A DNA stretch of 64,000 nucleotides from Cetorhinus maximus. Its lineage: Eukaryota. The notes below the pieces were generated by a model, which was not told where the DNA came from, did not search any database, and saw only the letters and a program-made list of their open reading frames with translations. A program made the translations under genes and the position numbers. This document shows positions 63,961 through 64,000 of this stretch, in pieces (the stretch's first letter is position 1; each line of letters begins with the position of its first letter). The stretch lies in NCBI RefSeq assembly GCF_964194155.1, contig NC_135906.1:6262001-6326000 (forward strand), in the 5' to 3' direction.

Positions 63961-64000
63961 GCTGCAGTTCCTATCCCAAATGTTTCTTTCAAACGAAACA

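Noticed and set aside
60988-63992. Pro-rich (extensin-like) and Gly-rich ORFs
   Set aside because: They are translations of minisatellites with variable homopolymer lengths, lying in intron 1 and upstream of the promoter.

Overview
This is vertebrate genomic DNA, and the repeat landscape (DeuSINE/SacSINE1-like SINEs, CR1 LINEs, Penelope-like elements) points to a shark or another cartilaginous fish. Two intact genes converge tail-to-tail. A five-exon CCN1/CYR61-like gene lies on + (CDS 15917-19642, 365 aa, all 38 CCN cysteines). An 11-exon DDX39/UAP56 DECD-box RNA helicase gene lies on - (CDS 60504-32484, 427 aa, leaning DDX39B/BAT1). The rest is satellites, minisatellites and nested retroelements, and the long ORFs in the track are repeat artefacts. 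The most interesting unexplained signals are: (1) a TE-poor DDX39 intron 6 carrying a 27-nt in-frame-stop microexon, a second poison/decoy exon candidate and a C/D-box-like bistable hairpin, together a possible autoregulatory splicing module; (2) several hammerhead-ribozyme-bearing Penelope-like elements, some as foldback inverted pairs; (3) a DDX39 promoter bracketed by mirror-image G-rich arrays; (4) a CCN1 paralog in a location mammals lack, with TEAD/SOX palindromes and a recursive-splice-type exon 2 junction. No prokaryotic-type systems are present. Exon coordinates were read base by base; repeat boundaries are approximate and TE family names come from recognition, not a database search.
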